A stretch of 58,303 bases of DNA from a virus (Duplodnaviria; Caudoviricetes). The position numbers and the translations under genes are program-made. Location of the stretch: positions 1-58,303 of the IMG/VR virus record IMGVR_UViG_3300003324_000049; one strand, written 5' to 3'. How positions within the stretch are numbered: position 1 is the first letter of the stretch; each line of letters starts with the position of its first letter. The notes under the pieces are model-generated. The model saw only the letters and a program-made list of their open reading frames with translations. It was not told the origin of the DNA and ran no database searches. Positions 55,531 through 58,303 of the stretch are shown in pieces.

Positions 55531-58302
55531 TCATACTACTGCTACGAGATTTCCGTCATCGACAAGAGCCTCAAAATCTCCGAACTCGGAGATGGTCTCT
55601 ACAGCTGCATCGACAAGATTCTTGAAGTACGATTCATCAATATCGTTCTCCTTACCAAGCGTCTTCACATAGTCAGCTTCCAGCCAGTGATAACCCTTGC
55701 TTCCCGTTGCGGCATCGTACTTACCGTCCTTCTCACGAAGGAGCAGAGCACCGCCATGACCATCTTTGATCGGGCAGAACAATCCGCCCTTACCGATGAA
55801 CTTCAAGTTACGTTCACCAGTATCATTGACCATCATTTCGCTGTCGCTAGAGAAGTCCAAGTACAGAGCCGTCTTAACATGCTTCTCTTCACACTTGTCC
55901 CTGAACTCAATCGGCTCTTTGCTGAAGAGAGTCTTGTAGACGTAAGGATGTTGGAATTGAGTACCAACGGCATCCCACTTTCCAATATCCTTTTCCTTAG
56001 CCGCCCAACCGATCTTGCCGATATATACAGCCTTGTTTACCAGAGCAAACTTGCTGAAGGTTTTCTCGTGCTCGAAGTTGTAGCCATACTTCTTACCAAA
56101 CTCCATAACCTTCTGAATAACCTCTGGAGTAGCTCCAGGGATTTTGATCGAGTCGGTCTTGATGTGGACCACATCATACCCTAGAGAGTTGACGTACTCC
56201 TTCAGGTCGATCATAAACAGAGCGCCACGCTTTGCCACGATATTATCGACGTTACGAGGGTCCTTGAATGGGTTCTGGAACTTCGCCGAAGTCATACCGT
56301 AAACGATGTTGACTGTAATCTTCAGAGCGTTGGAAAGAGCTTCTGCATCGTCCTTGTTCTTCAGATACGGAACCAGTTTTCCATCCAGCATCTTAGAAGC
56401 CGCTTCATAGTCCTTATTCTTGATTGCCACACGAGCATCCAACAGAGCCTTAAACTTCGGCGTGTATGGACCAAAGTGGTTCATGTTGATCAGACTGTTC
56501 GGATGCATTGAGGTTACGTCAAGAAGTACGACATCTTCGTAGATACCAGGATCGGCATCGACAAAACCTCCTTCGCCAACTTCAACACCTTTATAGGTAC
56601 TCTTCCCGAAGCTGTATTTATACCCAGGGAACATTTCCGAGAGATTTACGTATTCGAACTTCTCCCAAGGACGACGATCATCACCGAAGATGATTCGTGC
56701 AGTATGACGCTGAGTGGTGTCGTTAACTGACAACCCACTCAGATCCGATAGAATCTGACGAGCCATAAAGTCCTGAATACGTGATTCGAAGACCTGTTCG
56801 GTGGTGATAACGTCATTGACGCAGTATTCTTCAACCTGATCCCAAAGCTCTTCCGGAACTGGCTGATCCCAAGGGAGGCCAAGCTCCTTATGAACCAAAC
56901 CAAGTTCGATCTGGAACTTCTTCAGGCTCTGCTTCTTGGTCGAGAAGTCAAGGATATCCGCATAGGAGATGTTGTATGCCTCGCCGAAATATGCATTCGG
57001 ATCACCACTAACGAGACGCTTACTGACTTGGTAGATCTCTGGAAGCTTGAATCCCATGTAGGCAGCCCAGAGAATATGATTGTCGTACTTCCGGTTATAG
57101 AACCCAACAAGCTTAAGCTTTAGCAGCTGCGCTACCTGCATGGGCGTTGGGTTGATCATCCGAATCACAATGTCACTGCCACGTTTCTTGTAGCAGATCA
57201 TGAAGAGATTCGGGAAGACTTCCACGTCATAGAAGTAGATCTCGTCGTCAGCCGGAGCCTCATGCTCGATGAGTGCCGAAGGAGTCACTTCAACATCATT
57301 CTCCGGACGATCTGCCGATTTGAACTTCATCTCCTTGACAAGCTTGATGCAGACGAGAGGCTGATTGGTACTTCTTGCCGCAAACTGCAGAACTACCTGC
57401 TTCAGATCACTCACGTCATATGAGAGACCTGATGCATAGGATTCGTCAAGGATTTTCTTGATGAAATCGATACTGGGTTTGGTCCCAGTATGAATCTGCT
57501 TACGAAGATTCCGATCAATCAAGTTGCGAATTGTTCGTTCGCTCTTGACTACTTCGGTGTTGATCACTTTCTTCTCCTTCAGGGGAAGACCAGATGAGAT
57601 GACCGCAACTGGGATGTTGTTACATTTGAGTAAACGCCTTCGTAGGGAACTATCCCCCGTGAAGACCTTAACCTCGATCCCATCATCATAAACGCGACTG
57701 AGCTCGGAAACATCCCCATCGTAGATATAATGGAGATGCACTCCAGCCCCACTCTTGCTGTACTCAGCGTAAGTACTGGGCCATGAGCTAGCAGCTTCGA
57801 GATTTCGCTCTGCTGACTTTGCGCCATTCGCATCCTTCAGATCGAAGTCGATCACAATGTGGTTGGCCGGAGGCTTCACATAGTGCAACTTAGTTGTGTC
57901 AATCTCATCCAATTTTGTTGTTACATCCGACCATTTCTTGAGGGGCGTCTCATTGACAGTCGTGTATTGGGCAGGTTGTTCTGAGTACAGATCATCAAGA
58001 ATCGATTCTGTCTCATCCATGACGAGTGAGAACGTCTTCTCATCCTTCTTGGTTGGTGCTTTATATTTCTCGGCGGTGAAGCCCGAGTACCATGAACGGA
58101 CTCGGACATCATTCACCATTGCACGTTCTTCGAAGTTCTTGAAGTAGTTGCTCAATTCTTCTCGAAGCTTCATCCGGTTCATTGCGTAGTCGAAGCCAGA
58201 TTCAGCGGTCCATGTCTTATACATATCGTAAGCCTGCTGGAGGGTCACTCCATCCTGCTCTTTGAAAATGTCGTAATGGGCTTCGATGAAGTTGAAGAAC
58301 AC
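55531..58302 (-). CDS. C-terminal part (AEP-like primase, 3'-5' exonuclease, family B-like DNA polymerase) of the ~1274-aa replication fusion
   Basis: Primase-like DFD and SKSGAGVHLHY; exonuclease YDVEVF, YNRKYD and YCVND; PolB-like DVTSMHPN, KITVNIVYG and HIKTDS. Confidence 0.88.
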   Translation of the reverse strand: MFFNFIEAHYDIFKEQDGVTLQQAYDMYKTWTAESGFDYAMNRMKLREELSNYFKNFEERAMVNDVRVRSWYSGFTAEKYKAPTKKDEKTFSLVMDETESILDDLYSEQPAQYTTVNETPLKKWSDVTTKLDEIDTTKLHYVKPPANHIVIDFDLKDANGAKSAERNLEAASSWPSTYAEYSKSGAGVHLHYIYDGDVSELSRVYDDGIEVKVFTGDSSLRRRLLKCNNIPVAVISSGLPLKEKKVINTEVVKSERTIRNLIDRNLRKQIHTGTKPSIDFIKKILDESYASGLSYDVSDLKQVVLQFAARSTNQPLVCIKLVKEMKFKSADRPENDVEVTPSALIEHEAPADDEIYFYDVEVFPNLFMICYKKRGSDIVIRMINPTPMQVAQLLKLKLVGFYNRKYDNHILWAAYMGFKLPEIYQVSKRLVSGDPNAYFGEAYNISYADILDFSTKKQSLKKFQIELGLVHKELGLPWDQPVPEELWDQVEEYCVNDVITTEQVFESRIQDFMARQILSDLSGLSVNDTTQRHTARIIFGDDRRPWEKFEYVNLSEMFPGYKYSFGKSTYKGVEVGEGGFVDADPGIYEDVVLLDVTSMHPNSLINMNHFGPYTPKFKALLDARVAIKNKDYEAASKMLDGKLVPYLKNKDDAEALSNALKITVNIVYGMTSAKFQNPFKDPRNVDNIVAKRGALFMIDLKEYVNSLGYDVVHIKTDSIKIPGATPEVIQKVMEFGKKYGYNFEHEKTFSKFALVNKAVYIGKIGWAAKEKDIGKWDAVGTQFQHPYVYKTLFSKEPIEFRDKCEEKHVKTALYLDFSSDSEMMVNDTGERNLKFIGKGGLFCPIKDGHGGALLLREKDGKYDAATGSKGYHWLEADYVKTLGKENDIDESYFKNLVDAAVETISEFGDFEALVDDGNLVAVV

Positions 58303-58303
58303 A
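58279..58303. repeat. Terminal overlap (copy 2)
   Basis: Identical to positions 1-25. Confidence 0.95.

Noticed and set aside
187-58147. Plus-strand ORFs in the track (e.g. 5486..6328, 24794..25678, 28979..29953, 31159..31878, 42230..42964)
   Set aside because: They are antisense shadows of well-supported minus-strand genes, lacking an RBS or recognisable motifs

Overview
This window is an essentially complete, circularly assembled siphovirus genome of about 58.3 kb. The first 25 nt equal the last 25 nt, and all credible genes lie on the minus strand. The host is probably an actinobacterium such as Arthrobacter; this is inferred from the endolysin style and the GC-rich codon use of the capsid and tail genes. 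No integrase, repressor or tRNA was recognised, so it is likely lytic. Modules: (1) a ~1274-aa SF3 helicase-primase-family B polymerase fusion split across the window ends, plus SSB, SF2 helicase, VRR-NUC and an exonuclease; (2) a 915-aa single-chain two-barrel (DFDGD) RNA polymerase-like protein with HTH domains; (3) terminase, portal, a protease-scaffold-capsid fusion, tail and lysis genes; (4) an array at 8.15-13.9 kb of about 20 self-contained promoter-gene-terminator cassettes, 17 carrying small ORFs and 3 carrying structured non-coding RNAs, all sharing a non-canonical promoter motif and mostly a conserved terminator-loop sequence; (5) a ~600-nt non-coding tract of abutting long hairpins at 39.3-39.9 kb. 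The best candidate for a new system is a possibly virion-packaged phage RNA polymerase carrying a His-cleavage tag, acting on its own promoter motif to drive a modular micro-gene/sRNA cassette array.
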